Shown in pieces: positions 44,109 through 52,910 of a DNA stretch of 64,000 nt. The DNA is taken from the NCBI GenBank assembly GCA_026397255.1, contig JAPLVF010000011.1, positions 7,589 through 71,588 of the forward strand. The letters are read 5' to 3'. The notes below the pieces were generated by a model, which was given only the letters and a program-made list of their open reading frames with translations, was not told the origin of the DNA and ran no database searches. The position numbers were made by a program, and so were the translations under genes. How positions within the stretch are numbered: the first letter of the stretch is position 1; each line of letters opens with the position of its first letter. This DNA is from Candidatus Beckwithbacteria bacterium (GTDB lineage Bacteria; Patescibacteriota; Microgenomatia; UBA1400; CG1-02-47-37).

Positions 44109-44336
44109 ATGGCGAAATATAAGATTAAAATTATTAAAGATAAGTGTATCAGCGCGGCGGCGTGTGTGGGAATCGCCCCTAAAGTTTATCAATTGGATGA
44201 GAATAATATTGTTTATGTGGCGGACGAAAACGGGGATACGGCAGAGAATATTTTATTAGGCGCACAAAGTTGTCCGACGAACGCGATTGAAATTTACGAC
44301 GCGGAAACAAACGAAAAGGTGTGGCCCAAGGACTAG
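44109..44336 (+). CDS. small single-cluster ferredoxin
   Basis: 'CISAAACVGIAP...CPTNAIEI' Cys spacing; 75 aa; immediately downstream of the FNR-like gene. Confidence 0.6.
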   Translation: MAKYKIKIIKDKCISAAACVGIAPKVYQLDENNIVYVADENGDTAENILLGAQSCPTNAIEIYDAETNEKVWPKD

Positions 44337-44423
44337 CTTATAATATTCTTGAGGTGCGCCTCTTGACATCAGGGGAATAACTGTCTAGGCTTAGGTCAGA
44401 TATAGAGAGGGGGTGAGGTATAA

Positions 44424-44621
44424 ATGGCTTATTCTTATAAGAATAAAAAAGGTGTAACTTATTACTTACACTTTAAAGATGTTAATCTTCGCGGCGGGAA
44501 AAAGCAGAGAATTTACTTCTTTGCCCGTGACGTGAGAAGCGGATCTTTAGATGCAGTTCCGTCCGGATATGCAGTGATGGAAACTCAGAGAACCGGAATG
44601 CCGGTTTTGAAGAAAGCTTAA
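44424..44621 (+). CDS. small hypothetical protein (65 aa)
   Basis: ORF followed by a strong terminator. Confidence 0.3.
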   Translation: MAYSYKNKKGVTYYLHFKDVNLRGGKKQRIYFFARDVRSGSLDAVPSGYAVMETQRTGMPVLKKA

Positions 44622-44641
44622 TTTTTTAAAGCGAAAATATA

Positions 44642-44671
44642 CCCCGCTGCTCGCGAGCAGCGGGGTTTCTT
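44642..44671. terminator. rho-independent terminator (potentially bidirectional)
   Basis: Perfect hairpin CCCCGCTGCTCGCGAGCAGCGGGG followed by TTTCTT; A-rich on the other side. Confidence 0.7.
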
Positions 44672-45386
44672 ATGACCGAATGTTAGGAAAGATTTTTTTT
44701 GAGGGTTTATTAAGAAAAGCAAAGGAGAGGAAAATAGGTAAACCGTATTTGAGATAACGGTTGATGCCATAACGCAGACGGCGATCGCTGGTTTTAACTT
44801 CTAATTCATGGAGATAACCGATTTTGCCGACGCGGCTAACTCGTCGGGCTAACTCCATGTCTTCGAAAGAGAAGAATTTAGAGTCAAAGCCGCCGACAGT
44901 GGTAAAGACCTTTTTTTTGATAGCAAAATTAGCCCCACCGAAAGAAAAATAGCCAGTGATCATTTTATTGAGCATTTCGCCTAAGGGAAAGATTAAAAAG
45001 GGGATGAGTCGATATTTTGATTTGTGATGAAAACGATAGATGCCAACTAGGGCAGCGAGATCTGGTTGGGAACTAAAAGCGTTATTAATGTTATCGAGCC
45101 AGTCAGAAGGAGCAATTGAGTCGGCGTCGATAAAGGCTAAAATTTGGCCACGGGCGACCTTAGCGCCGGCGTTACGGGCCCGGCCCGGCCCGGCCTTAGT
45201 TTCGCTAACAACACGAATATTAAATTTTTTAGCGATGGCGGCCGTGGAGTCAGTCGAGTTGTTGTCGACAACAATAATTTCGTAGGGGTGACGGTAATCT
45301 TGATTTTTCAGGGAGGTTAGGCAAAGACCGATAGATTTAGCTTCATTATAGGCAGGGACGATGACGGAAATTTTAGGTATTGGCAT
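44670..45386 (-). CDS. family 2 glycosyltransferase (Dpm1/GtrB-like)
   Basis: 'ISVIVPAYNEAKSIG', 'VVDNNSTDST', 'FIDADS'. Start placed at MPIPKISV, which removes the overlap with the divergent gene. Confidence 0.75.
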   Translation of the reverse strand: MPIPKISVIVPAYNEAKSIGLCLTSLKNQDYRHPYEIIVVDNNSTDSTAAIAKKFNIRVVSETKAGPGRARNAGAKVARGQILAFIDADSIAPSDWLDNINNAFSSQPDLAALVGIYRFHHKSKYRLIPFLIFPLGEMLNKMITGYFSFGGANFAIKKKVFTTVGGFDSKFFSFEDMELARRVSRVGKIGYLHELEVKTSDRRLRYGINRYLKYGLPIFLSFAFLNKPSKKIFPNIRS

Positions 45387-45432
45387 AGTTAGATAAGATA
45401 TTATAGTATAAGTTATAAGAAAGGGAGGGAGT

Positions 45433-45954
45433 ATGTTAAAAAAAATAATTTTAGGGTTATTGGCGGTTTTATTGATTGTCGGCGGAATAGCCGTAATCAA
45501 AAGAAATCGAAAAGTAGAAGAAAAAATCAGCCCGGAAATTACCTTGGAATCTTCCAAAATGATAACTGACCAAACTAAGCTTAAACCGGAAATGACGGAA
45601 GCAGAAAAACAGGCAATAGAGAACGCGTTTAAAGAAAAAGGGGCGGAGATGACAATGCTTAGGGACGTTGAAGGTGGTCAGACTGTGGGGACGGCTTGGA
45701 GGCAATTTGATAAAAAATTTTATTTTAAGATTGAAGCGAGCCGGTTGCCAGCTCTAGAGAAAGGTTTTTATTATGAGGGTTGGTTAGTGGGTGAGAGTGG
45801 GTTTTTTTCAGTCGGACGGATGGATGCGGGAACAGGCAAGCTTTACTACATCAGTGATCAAGATAAGAGTCAGTTTAAAGGCGTAGTGGTGACTTGGGAA
45901 CCGGAGGACGGAAATCCGGTGCCGGATAAGCACATTTTGGAGGGAAATTTTTGA
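45433..45954 (+). CDS. membrane-anchored hypothetical protein (173 aa)
   Basis: GGGAGGGAG RBS; N-terminal TM; no known domain. Confidence 0.4.
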   Translation: MLKKIILGLLAVLLIVGGIAVIKRNRKVEEKISPEITLESSKMITDQTKLKPEMTEAEKQAIENAFKEKGAEMTMLRDVEGGQTVGTAWRQFDKKFYFKIEASRLPALEKGFYYEGWLVGESGFFSVGRMDAGTGKLYYISDQDKSQFKGVVVTWEPEDGNPVPDKHILEGNF

Positions 45955-46493
45955 TGATTAAAAATATTGCTTTTTTCGGCGCTTCGGAATTAAAGTCGGA
46001 AAGCAAATATTATCAGGATGCCTTTAAAATTGCCCAGGTTTTGGCAAAGAAGGGCTATACGATTGTCAATGGCGGCGGGCCGGGAATTATGAATGCGGCG
46101 ACCCAGGGAGCGATATCTGTCGGAGGAGAAACGTTGGCGATTACTTTTAATCCTCAGGATGCGCCGGGATTTGAAGGTCGGTATTTGGCAAACAAAGCGG
46201 ACAAGGAAATTAAAACTCATAATTACCCAGAAAGAATGTTTAAATTACTGGAGCATGCTGACTGTTTTATTATTTTTAAAGGCGGAACAGGAACGATTTC
46301 CGAGCTGGGAGCAGCTTGGGCTTTAGCCAAATTTTATTACCCCAACCATAAGCCGTTTATTTTATACGGCAGGTTTTGGCGGAAAATAATTAAAGTATTA
46401 AAAGAGGAAATGCTGATTTCGGCTCAAGCGATGAAGGTGTTTCAGTTTGCCGAAACAGAGACTCAAGTTTTAGAGGCACTGGAAAAATTATGA
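45951..46493 (+). CDS. LOG-family protein (TIGR00730 Rossmann-fold; cytokinin riboside 5'-monophosphate phosphoribohydrolase-like)
   Basis: 'IAFFGAS', 'GGGPGIMNAATQGA', 'FKGGTGTISELG' (PGGxGTxxE). Confidence 0.75.
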   Translation: MMIKNIAFFGASELKSESKYYQDAFKIAQVLAKKGYTIVNGGGPGIMNAATQGAISVGGETLAITFNPQDAPGFEGRYLANKADKEIKTHNYPERMFKLLEHADCFIIFKGGTGTISELGAAWALAKFYYPNHKPFILYGRFWRKIIKVLKEEMLISAQAMKVFQFAETETQVLEALEKL

Positions 46494-46939
46494 AGATTTA
46501 TCTTGGAGCAGACCATAGAGGGTTTAAATTAAAAGAAAAATTAAAAGGGTGGTTAAAAGATCAGAAAATTGAGTGTGAAGATTTAGGCAATACTCAATAT
46601 GAGATAGAAGATGATTTTCCGGATTTTGGTAAAAAAGTGGCCGAAAAAGTGCAAACAACAGGGGAAAAGGGAATTTTGCTTTGCGGGTCCGGCGGCATGG
46701 CGCTAGTGGCGAATAAATTTAAAGGGGTTTGGTCGGCAGAAGCCTATGATGTTGAGCGGGCAAAACATGCGAAAGAACACGACGGCGTCAATGTTTTATC
46801 AATTCCGGCAGATGTGGTGGATGAAAAAACAGCCTGTGAAATGGTAAGGGTTTGGCTGGAGACAGAAGTGGAACAAAAAGAGAAATATCAAAGAAGATTA
46901 GATAAAATAAAAGCAATAGAAGAAAGGAATTTTGTATGA
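46490..46939 (+). CDS. rpiB: ribose-5-phosphate isomerase B (RpiB/LacAB family)
   Basis: 'MKIYLGADHRGFKLKEKL', 'LLCGSGGMALVANK'. Confidence 0.85.
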   Translation: MKIYLGADHRGFKLKEKLKGWLKDQKIECEDLGNTQYEIEDDFPDFGKKVAEKVQTTGEKGILLCGSGGMALVANKFKGVWSAEAYDVERAKHAKEHDGVNVLSIPADVVDEKTACEMVRVWLETEVEQKEKYQRRLDKIKAIEERNFV

Positions 46940-47931
46940 TGCGGATTGCGATTAATGGGTTTGGGAGGATTGGCAGATTGGCTTTAAGGGCGGCATTAAT
47001 GAAGCATAAAAAAGAAATTGAAGTGGTAGCGATTAATACGTCCGGGAATATGGATACTAGCGGTTGGGCGCAGCTATTTGAGTATGACTCAACTTATCGA
47101 AAATATAAAGGAAAAGTGAGTTCTGATAAAAATAATTTAATTATTGATGGGATAACAATTCCGGTGTTGGCAGAACCAGACCCGAAAAAATTACCCTGGG
47201 GGAAATTAGGGGTAGATTTAGTGTTGGAGTGTACCGGTGAGTTTAGGCGGCCGGAACAAGCAGAAGAGCATTTGCAAGCTGGTGCTAAAAAAGTGTTGGT
47301 GTCAGCTCCGCCCAAAGGCGGCAGCTTACCGATTTATATCGTGGGGGTGAATGCAGATAAAAAAGGCGATGATAAGATTTTTTCCAATGCTTCATGTACC
47401 ACTAATAGTGTGGTGCCGGTGGCGCAGGTGATGTTAAAAGAGTTTGGGATAGTTAAAGCGGCAATGACAACGATTCACGCTTATACTTCTGACCAGAGGT
47501 TATTAGATAATTCCCATAAGGATTTAAGGCGAGCGAGAGCAGCGGGTGTCAACATTATTCCAACCTCCACGGGCGCAGCTGACGCGGTCAATGTGGTTTT
47601 ACCGGAACTTACGGGAATTTTCGACGGGATGGCGATTAGAGTACCCGTCGTAACCGGTTCGCTAACCGATTTTACTTTTTTAGTCAAAAGAAAGGTAACC
47701 AGAGAAGAGGTTAACCAGGCATTAGTTAAAGCGAGCCAGACGGAGCTAAAAAATATTTTAGGAGTAACCAATAAGCCAATTGTGTCTTCCGATGTGATTG
47801 GGTGTGAGTATTCCTCATTGGTGGATCTGGAAATGACGAAGGTAATTGACGGCGACTTGGTGAAGATTTTAGCCTGGTATGATAATGAGTGGGGTTATGT
47901 TTTAAGAATGTTAGAACTGATTCTTCAATGA
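46936..47931 (+). CDS. gap: glyceraldehyde-3-phosphate dehydrogenase
   Basis: 'IAINGFGRIGR', active site 'ASCTTNSVVP', 'WYDNEWGY'. Confidence 0.9.
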   Translation: MMRIAINGFGRIGRLALRAALMKHKKEIEVVAINTSGNMDTSGWAQLFEYDSTYRKYKGKVSSDKNNLIIDGITIPVLAEPDPKKLPWGKLGVDLVLECTGEFRRPEQAEEHLQAGAKKVLVSAPPKGGSLPIYIVGVNADKKGDDKIFSNASCTTNSVVPVAQVMLKEFGIVKAAMTTIHAYTSDQRLLDNSHKDLRRARAAGVNIIPTSTGAADAVNVVLPELTGIFDGMAIRVPVVTGSLTDFTFLVKRKVTREEVNQALVKASQTELKNILGVTNKPIVSSDVIGCEYSSLVDLEMTKVIDGDLVKILAWYDNEWGYVLRMLELILQ

Positions 47932-48578
47932 AACCGATAATTACACCAACATTTTTTATTAATAGCCTGTCTGTTTTGAAGGATAGGTTGGAGTTATATG
48001 AGGGAATAGAGGGGATAACCAGAATTCAGCTGGACCCGGCAGACGAATCGTTTACGGCCAACCCCACCTTAAGCGTGGAAACGATGGTGAAACAACCAAC
48101 AACTTTAAAAAGAGACGTTCACTTAATGGTGGAGGAGCCGATTGACTGGTTGGAAATTTGCCGGCAAGAAGGGGTGAATATGGTCATTGGCCACATCGAA
48201 AATATGAGCAGCCAGGAAGAGTTTATTAAGGAAGCCCGAAGGTTAAGTTTAAAAGTTGGTTTGGCCGTTGATCTGGAAACAGATTTTAATGAGCTGGAAT
48301 GGCTTGTCGCCAAAGAAGCGGACTTAATTTTAGTAATGACAGTACGGGCCGGGCAGGAACAGCAAAAATTTAGTGCGGCAGCCCTAGAGAGAGTTAAGCT
48401 TTTAAGAAAAAAAGGCTTTATTAAAGAGATTTGTGTTGACGGCGGAGTGAATGAAGTGACAATTAAAGACTGTGTCAGGGCCGGAGCTGATGTTTTAGCG
48501 ATTGGGAGTGCTTTGTGGAAAGCAGCCAATGTTAAGCAACAACTGGGGAAATTAATGGGGTTAGCTTATGAAATTTGA
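47928..48578 (+). CDS. ribulose-phosphate 3-epimerase-like TIM-barrel protein (divergent)
   Basis: 'ITRIQLDPADESFTANPTL' resembles the Rpe 'HvDvMDGhFVPN' block; 'ICVDGGVN' late barrel motif; ATGA overlap with gap. Confidence 0.45.
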   Translation: MKPIITPTFFINSLSVLKDRLELYEGIEGITRIQLDPADESFTANPTLSVETMVKQPTTLKRDVHLMVEEPIDWLEICRQEGVNMVIGHIENMSSQEEFIKEARRLSLKVGLAVDLETDFNELEWLVAKEADLILVMTVRAGQEQQKFSAAALERVKLLRKKGFIKEICVDGGVNEVTIKDCVRAGADVLAIGSALWKAANVKQQLGKLMGLAYEI

Positions 48579-49503
48579 CGTGGTGACATTCGGCAGCAGT
48601 TTTGTGGATGTTTATTTAACGGCCAAAGATTTTAAAGTGAGCGGGGGAAAGTTAGCCATGGAATATGGCGGAAAATTAGCAGTGGATAAAATGGTGATGA
48701 CGACCGGCGGGGGGGCAACCAATACGGCGGCGGGATTTGAAAGGTTGGGGCTGCAAACTGCCTGTGTGACCTGTTTAGGTAAAGACCATTGGGGCTTGTT
48801 TATCAGAAAAGAATTGAAGAAAGAAGGAGTGTCACAGTTATATATTCAACAAGTGAACGAGCCGACCAGCTACTCAACAATTTTAGTGGGGGAAGACGGC
48901 GGGAGAACGGTTTTGGTTTATCGGGGGGCGAGTAATTATTTATCCTGGCAGAAAGTGGAATGGGAACATCTTAATCCGGATTGGTTTTACGTCTCCAGCC
49001 TAGGAGGAGAATTTAATTTATTAACCAAGATTGTCCGGGCCGGGCAGGAAAAAAGAATTAAAGTGGCTTTAAATCCGGGAATGAGTGAGATTAACTCCCC
49101 GGAAAGATTAAAACAATTTTTGCCCCATGTGGAGGTGTTAATTCTAAATCTTGAAGAGGCGGCCAAATTAACCCAGCATGAGCCAGACAATAAAACAGAA
49201 ATTTTAAAAGATGTGGTTAAGCTGGGGGCAAGGTTGGTGGCGGTGACCGAAGGTAGAAAAGGGGCGACTTTACTGGAAGGGAAAAAGAAAGTGGTTTTAG
49301 AGGCAGTTAAAGCCAGGGTGGTGCAAGAAAGCGGGGCAGGGGATGCGTTTGGCTGCGGATTAGTGACAGGACTAATTAAATTTACCAGCTTAGAAAAAGC
49401 CCTGAAATTGGGATTAGCGAATGGGGCGTCAGTGGTGGAGCATTTCGGGCCAAAAGAGGGCCTGTTATTTGAGCCGGAAGTTGAGGAGTGGCTGAAGAAA
49501 TGA
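48568..49503 (+). CDS. PfkB-family carbohydrate kinase (ribokinase-like)
   Basis: 'TGGGATNTAAGFERLG' and 'ESGAGDAFGCGLV' PfkB signatures. Confidence 0.8.
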   Translation: MKFDVVTFGSSFVDVYLTAKDFKVSGGKLAMEYGGKLAVDKMVMTTGGGATNTAAGFERLGLQTACVTCLGKDHWGLFIRKELKKEGVSQLYIQQVNEPTSYSTILVGEDGGRTVLVYRGASNYLSWQKVEWEHLNPDWFYVSSLGGEFNLLTKIVRAGQEKRIKVALNPGMSEINSPERLKQFLPHVEVLILNLEEAAKLTQHEPDNKTEILKDVVKLGARLVAVTEGRKGATLLEGKKKVVLEAVKARVVQESGAGDAFGCGLVTGLIKFTSLEKALKLGLANGASVVEHFGPKEGLLFEPEVEEWLKK

Positions 49504-50546
49504 AAATTATGAGAAGACTTGACCAAGATTTAAGAGAGAAAGATTATAGTGGAGAAGGAGAAACGGAAATAAAGAAGCGGCGGCCGAGAAAGACGATTGG
49601 AGAGGAAGGGTCCAGAAAACAGACTTTAATTGTGTTGGCAATTACGATTGGGTTGGGCCTGTTTTTTTATTTACCCACTCAGTTTAAATTGATTAAATTT
49701 AATTGGCTGCCAAAACTTAATTTCGGCGGGAGTGAAGTAATCACGATTGAAAAAACAAAAACGGAGAGCAGCCCTCCGGCAGAAATAAAGACTATTAAGA
49801 CCACCAAAGAGGAAACCTTAAATTTAATTAAAAATTTATTGGCAGATAAAGCGGGGGATTGGGCAATTTACGCCGAAGATGTAAAGAAAAAGGAAAATAT
49901 AAAGATTAATCAAGACGAGGTAATGGAGGCGGCGTCGGTAATTAAACTGCCGGTTTTGACAGCGTATTACAAGGCGGTGGATGAGAAAAAAATTGATCCG
50001 GCCAAGATTTATTCAATGCAAGACAGGGATCGATTAATCTATGGGACCGGGAGTCTACAGGGGCAGCCGACAGGAGCAGAATTTAGTTATCAGCAAATAG
50101 CCGATTTAGTCGGGAAAGAAAGCGATAATATGGGGGCGCAGTTATTAATTAATTTTTTAGGGGGGGCAGGGGTAGTCCAGAAAACAGTTAACGGCTGGGG
50201 TTTACAAAATACCTTAATTAATGATGATAAATCAACGGTAAAAGACATGGCTAATTTATGGGGACAAATCTATGCGGGTAAATTATTAAAAGCAGCATCA
50301 AAACAAAAATTACTGGAGAGCTTAACTGATACAATTTTGGAAACCAGAATTACCGCCGGGGTGCCTGGGGGGATAAAAGTCCGCCATAAATTCGGGAGCG
50401 AAATCGGAACGGTGAACGATTGCGGAGTGGTGGAGGCTACCAATCCTTATGTGATTTGTATTTTTTCTAATAACGCGAATGACGGTGAGGCCGAAACATT
50501 AATGCCGCAAATTTCGCAGGCGGTGTGGAAGTGGTTGGGTAAGTAG
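49488..50546 (+). CDS. class A beta-lactamase-like serine hydrolase, membrane-anchored
   Basis: 'ASVIKLP' (SxxK), 'ESDNMG' (SDN), 'KFGSEIG' (KTG-like); N-terminal TM. Confidence 0.55.
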   Translation: MAEEMKIMRRLDQDLREKDYSGEGETEIKKRRPRKTIGEEGSRKQTLIVLAITIGLGLFFYLPTQFKLIKFNWLPKLNFGGSEVITIEKTKTESSPPAEIKTIKTTKEETLNLIKNLLADKAGDWAIYAEDVKKKENIKINQDEVMEAASVIKLPVLTAYYKAVDEKKIDPAKIYSMQDRDRLIYGTGSLQGQPTGAEFSYQQIADLVGKESDNMGAQLLINFLGGAGVVQKTVNGWGLQNTLINDDKSTVKDMANLWGQIYAGKLLKAASKQKLLESLTDTILETRITAGVPGGIKVRHKFGSEIGTVNDCGVVEATNPYVICIFSNNANDGEAETLMPQISQAVWKWLGK

Positions 50547-50548
50547 GG

Positions 50549-52870
50549 TTAGCGTTGGGTGGAGGCGCCGGTTAAGAGTTTGTCACGTTCTTCCTGGTCT
50601 TTTTTGGCTTTTTCTTCCAAGATGATTTTGATTTGGTCGGGAGAACAGGCTTGCTTTGGCTCGGTGCCGGGAATAAAGTATTCGGTTTTGGTCGGACAAC
50701 CCTCACAGGTTAACTGGCCGGTAATGGTACAAATATTAGCCTTAATTAAATTAGCCGGAGGGGTAAATTGGTGAGCCGGTTGGTTTTGTAAGATGGCGGT
50801 GAAGATTTTATTCCAGATAGGCGAGGCGCCGGTAATGCCGGAGGCGACTTGACTCATCGGGGTGTTATCGTTGTTGCCGACCCAGGTGGCGACTAAATAA
50901 TTAGTAGTATAACCAATCGTCCAGTTGTCCCGTTTATCGTTGGTGGTGCCGGTTTTGACGGCGACTTGTTGGCCGGGAACGTTTAAGTAAGACCGTAGGC
51001 CAAAGGCTTGAGCGCGAGCGAAGGGATCAGCCAGAATATCCGTTAAAATATAGGCGGTAAGAGAGTTCAAGACAGGTTCGGGATTACAGGTTAAATGTTT
51101 AGTGGTAGCCTCTGCCTGCGGCATAATTTTAGGAAAATCCTGACAGTCAAAATCCTGTAAAATTTTACCTTTAGCATCAGTAATTTTAAGAATTGGGTGG
51201 AGATTAACTTTTAAGCCTTGATTAGCTAACGTCCCGTAAACAACGGCCATATCGACCATTTTGATCTCGGCGCCGCCAAGAGTGAGGGAGAGGCCGTAAC
51301 GTTCCGGTTGGTTCCAAGTGGTAATGCCCATTTTTTTACCCTCTTCAATCATTTTGTCAACACCGTAGCTGGCTAAAACTTTGACAGCCGGAACATTAAC
51401 CGAATTTGCCAGAGCATAACGCAGGGTGATCGGACCATGAAAGGTGCCGTCATAATTTATCGGCGAATAAGGTTGGGTACCGGGGATGTTGTAAGTTACC
51501 GGCGTGTCCTGAATGATAGAAGCGGCCGTATAGCCGTGTTCGAGGGCATAAGCATAATTAACGGGTTTAATGGAAGAACCGGGTTGGCGTAAAGCCGTAG
51601 TTAAGTTGACTTGGCCGTCGTGGTCGAAATCAAAGTAATTCCGGGAACCGATCATAGCGAGAATTTCGCCGGTTTGCGGATTGGTGACCAGAGCAGCGCC
51701 ATTAGTAATGTGAAAAGGGGAAAGGCTGTCAATTTCTTGGGTGAGGATGCTTTGAGCTTTTTCCTGAAGGGTTAAGTCTAAGGAAGTGGTGACGGAGAGA
51801 CCGCCTTGTTCGACCATAGATTCACCGTACTCACTGACTAGTAAATCTTTAATATACATCACAAAGTGCGGGGCTTTGATATTTGAATATTGCGGGGCGA
51901 GTTTAATTTTTTCTGCTTTAGCCAGTTCGGCTTCCTGGGGAGCAATCATTTTTTCTTCAACCATGCGGTTTAAAACTTCGTGTTGGCGGTAAATAGCAAG
52001 ATAAGGGTTAGAGCCAAAGGGAGAGTAAGTGGTGGGGGCGGCGGGAAGTCCGGCCAAAAGGGCGGCTTCGGCTAAATCAACGTCTTTAATCGATTGGCCA
52101 AAATAGGTTTGAGCGGCTTGTTCGGCGCCGTAAGCAGTGCCGCCGTAGCTGACTTGGTTAAAGTACATTTCCAAGATTTCGTCTTTGGAAAAGATAACCT
52201 CGGTTTCAATGGTTAAAATTAACTCTTTAAGTTTGCGGGTTAAGGTCCGTTCCGGAGTTAAGAGGGCGTTTTTAACCAACTGTTGAGTGATTGTCGAACC
52301 ACCCTGGAGTTGGCGATTGAAAATAATTTGTTCCAAGGAACGTAAAATACCGGTCCAGGAAACACCTTTGTGAGTGTAAAAATGACTGTCTTCGATGGCT
52401 AAAGTTGCCTGTTTAAAGTGTTGAGGAATATCGCTTAAGGGGATAAGAGTGCGGTTTTGATCTTTGTAAAAAGTAAACAAGAGTTGGCCATTACGGTCAT
52501 AGATTTTGGTGGAGATGGCCGGCGGATGATTAATTAAATCAGTCGGGTTAGGAAGACCTTTTAAGACGAACCAGTAGAACAAACCAGAAAGTATAAACAA
52601 AAAAATAACAACCGGAATTTTTTTAAATTTAAGCTTGATTTTGAGTGTTTTAAGACGGGGTAATTTGGGATGGGGTAATTTACGATAGGGTATTTTAATT
52701 CGGGGGAGGTTGATTGTAGGTAATTTGACTGTAATTTTTAGAGATTTTAAGAAGCGGAAAGTCGATTTATAGGCGGAAATAAAAATTACAACCGATTGAA
52801 AAATCAGCTTAATCAGCCAAAAAATTGAACGATAGGTGAATCGCCCGATAATCTCCAAAACTTTGAACAT
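50549..52870 (-). CDS. class A (bifunctional) penicillin-binding protein, PBP1A family, copy 1
   Basis: GT51 'EDSHFYTHKGV', 'GGSTITQQ'; TPase 'GSSIKPVNY', 'SVN', 'KTGTTND'. Confidence 0.9.
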   Translation of the reverse strand: MFKVLEIIGRFTYRSIFWLIKLIFQSVVIFISAYKSTFRFLKSLKITVKLPTINLPRIKIPYRKLPHPKLPRLKTLKIKLKFKKIPVVIFLFILSGLFYWFVLKGLPNPTDLINHPPAISTKIYDRNGQLLFTFYKDQNRTLIPLSDIPQHFKQATLAIEDSHFYTHKGVSWTGILRSLEQIIFNRQLQGGSTITQQLVKNALLTPERTLTRKLKELILTIETEVIFSKDEILEMYFNQVSYGGTAYGAEQAAQTYFGQSIKDVDLAEAALLAGLPAAPTTYSPFGSNPYLAIYRQHEVLNRMVEEKMIAPQEAELAKAEKIKLAPQYSNIKAPHFVMYIKDLLVSEYGESMVEQGGLSVTTSLDLTLQEKAQSILTQEIDSLSPFHITNGAALVTNPQTGEILAMIGSRNYFDFDHDGQVNLTTALRQPGSSIKPVNYAYALEHGYTAASIIQDTPVTYNIPGTQPYSPINYDGTFHGPITLRYALANSVNVPAVKVLASYGVDKMIEEGKKMGITTWNQPERYGLSLTLGGAEIKMVDMAVVYGTLANQGLKVNLHPILKITDAKGKILQDFDCQDFPKIMPQAEATTKHLTCNPEPVLNSLTAYILTDILADPFARAQAFGLRSYLNVPGQQVAVKTGTTNDKRDNWTIGYTTNYLVATWVGNNDNTPMSQVASGITGASPIWNKIFTAILQNQPAHQFTPPANLIKANICTITGQLTCEGCPTKTEYFIPGTEPKQACSPDQIKIILEEKAKKDQEERDKLLTGASTQR

Positions 52871-52910
52871 GGGGCGTATTATACCCTATAAGAAAAGAAA
52901 ATGGGAGGGG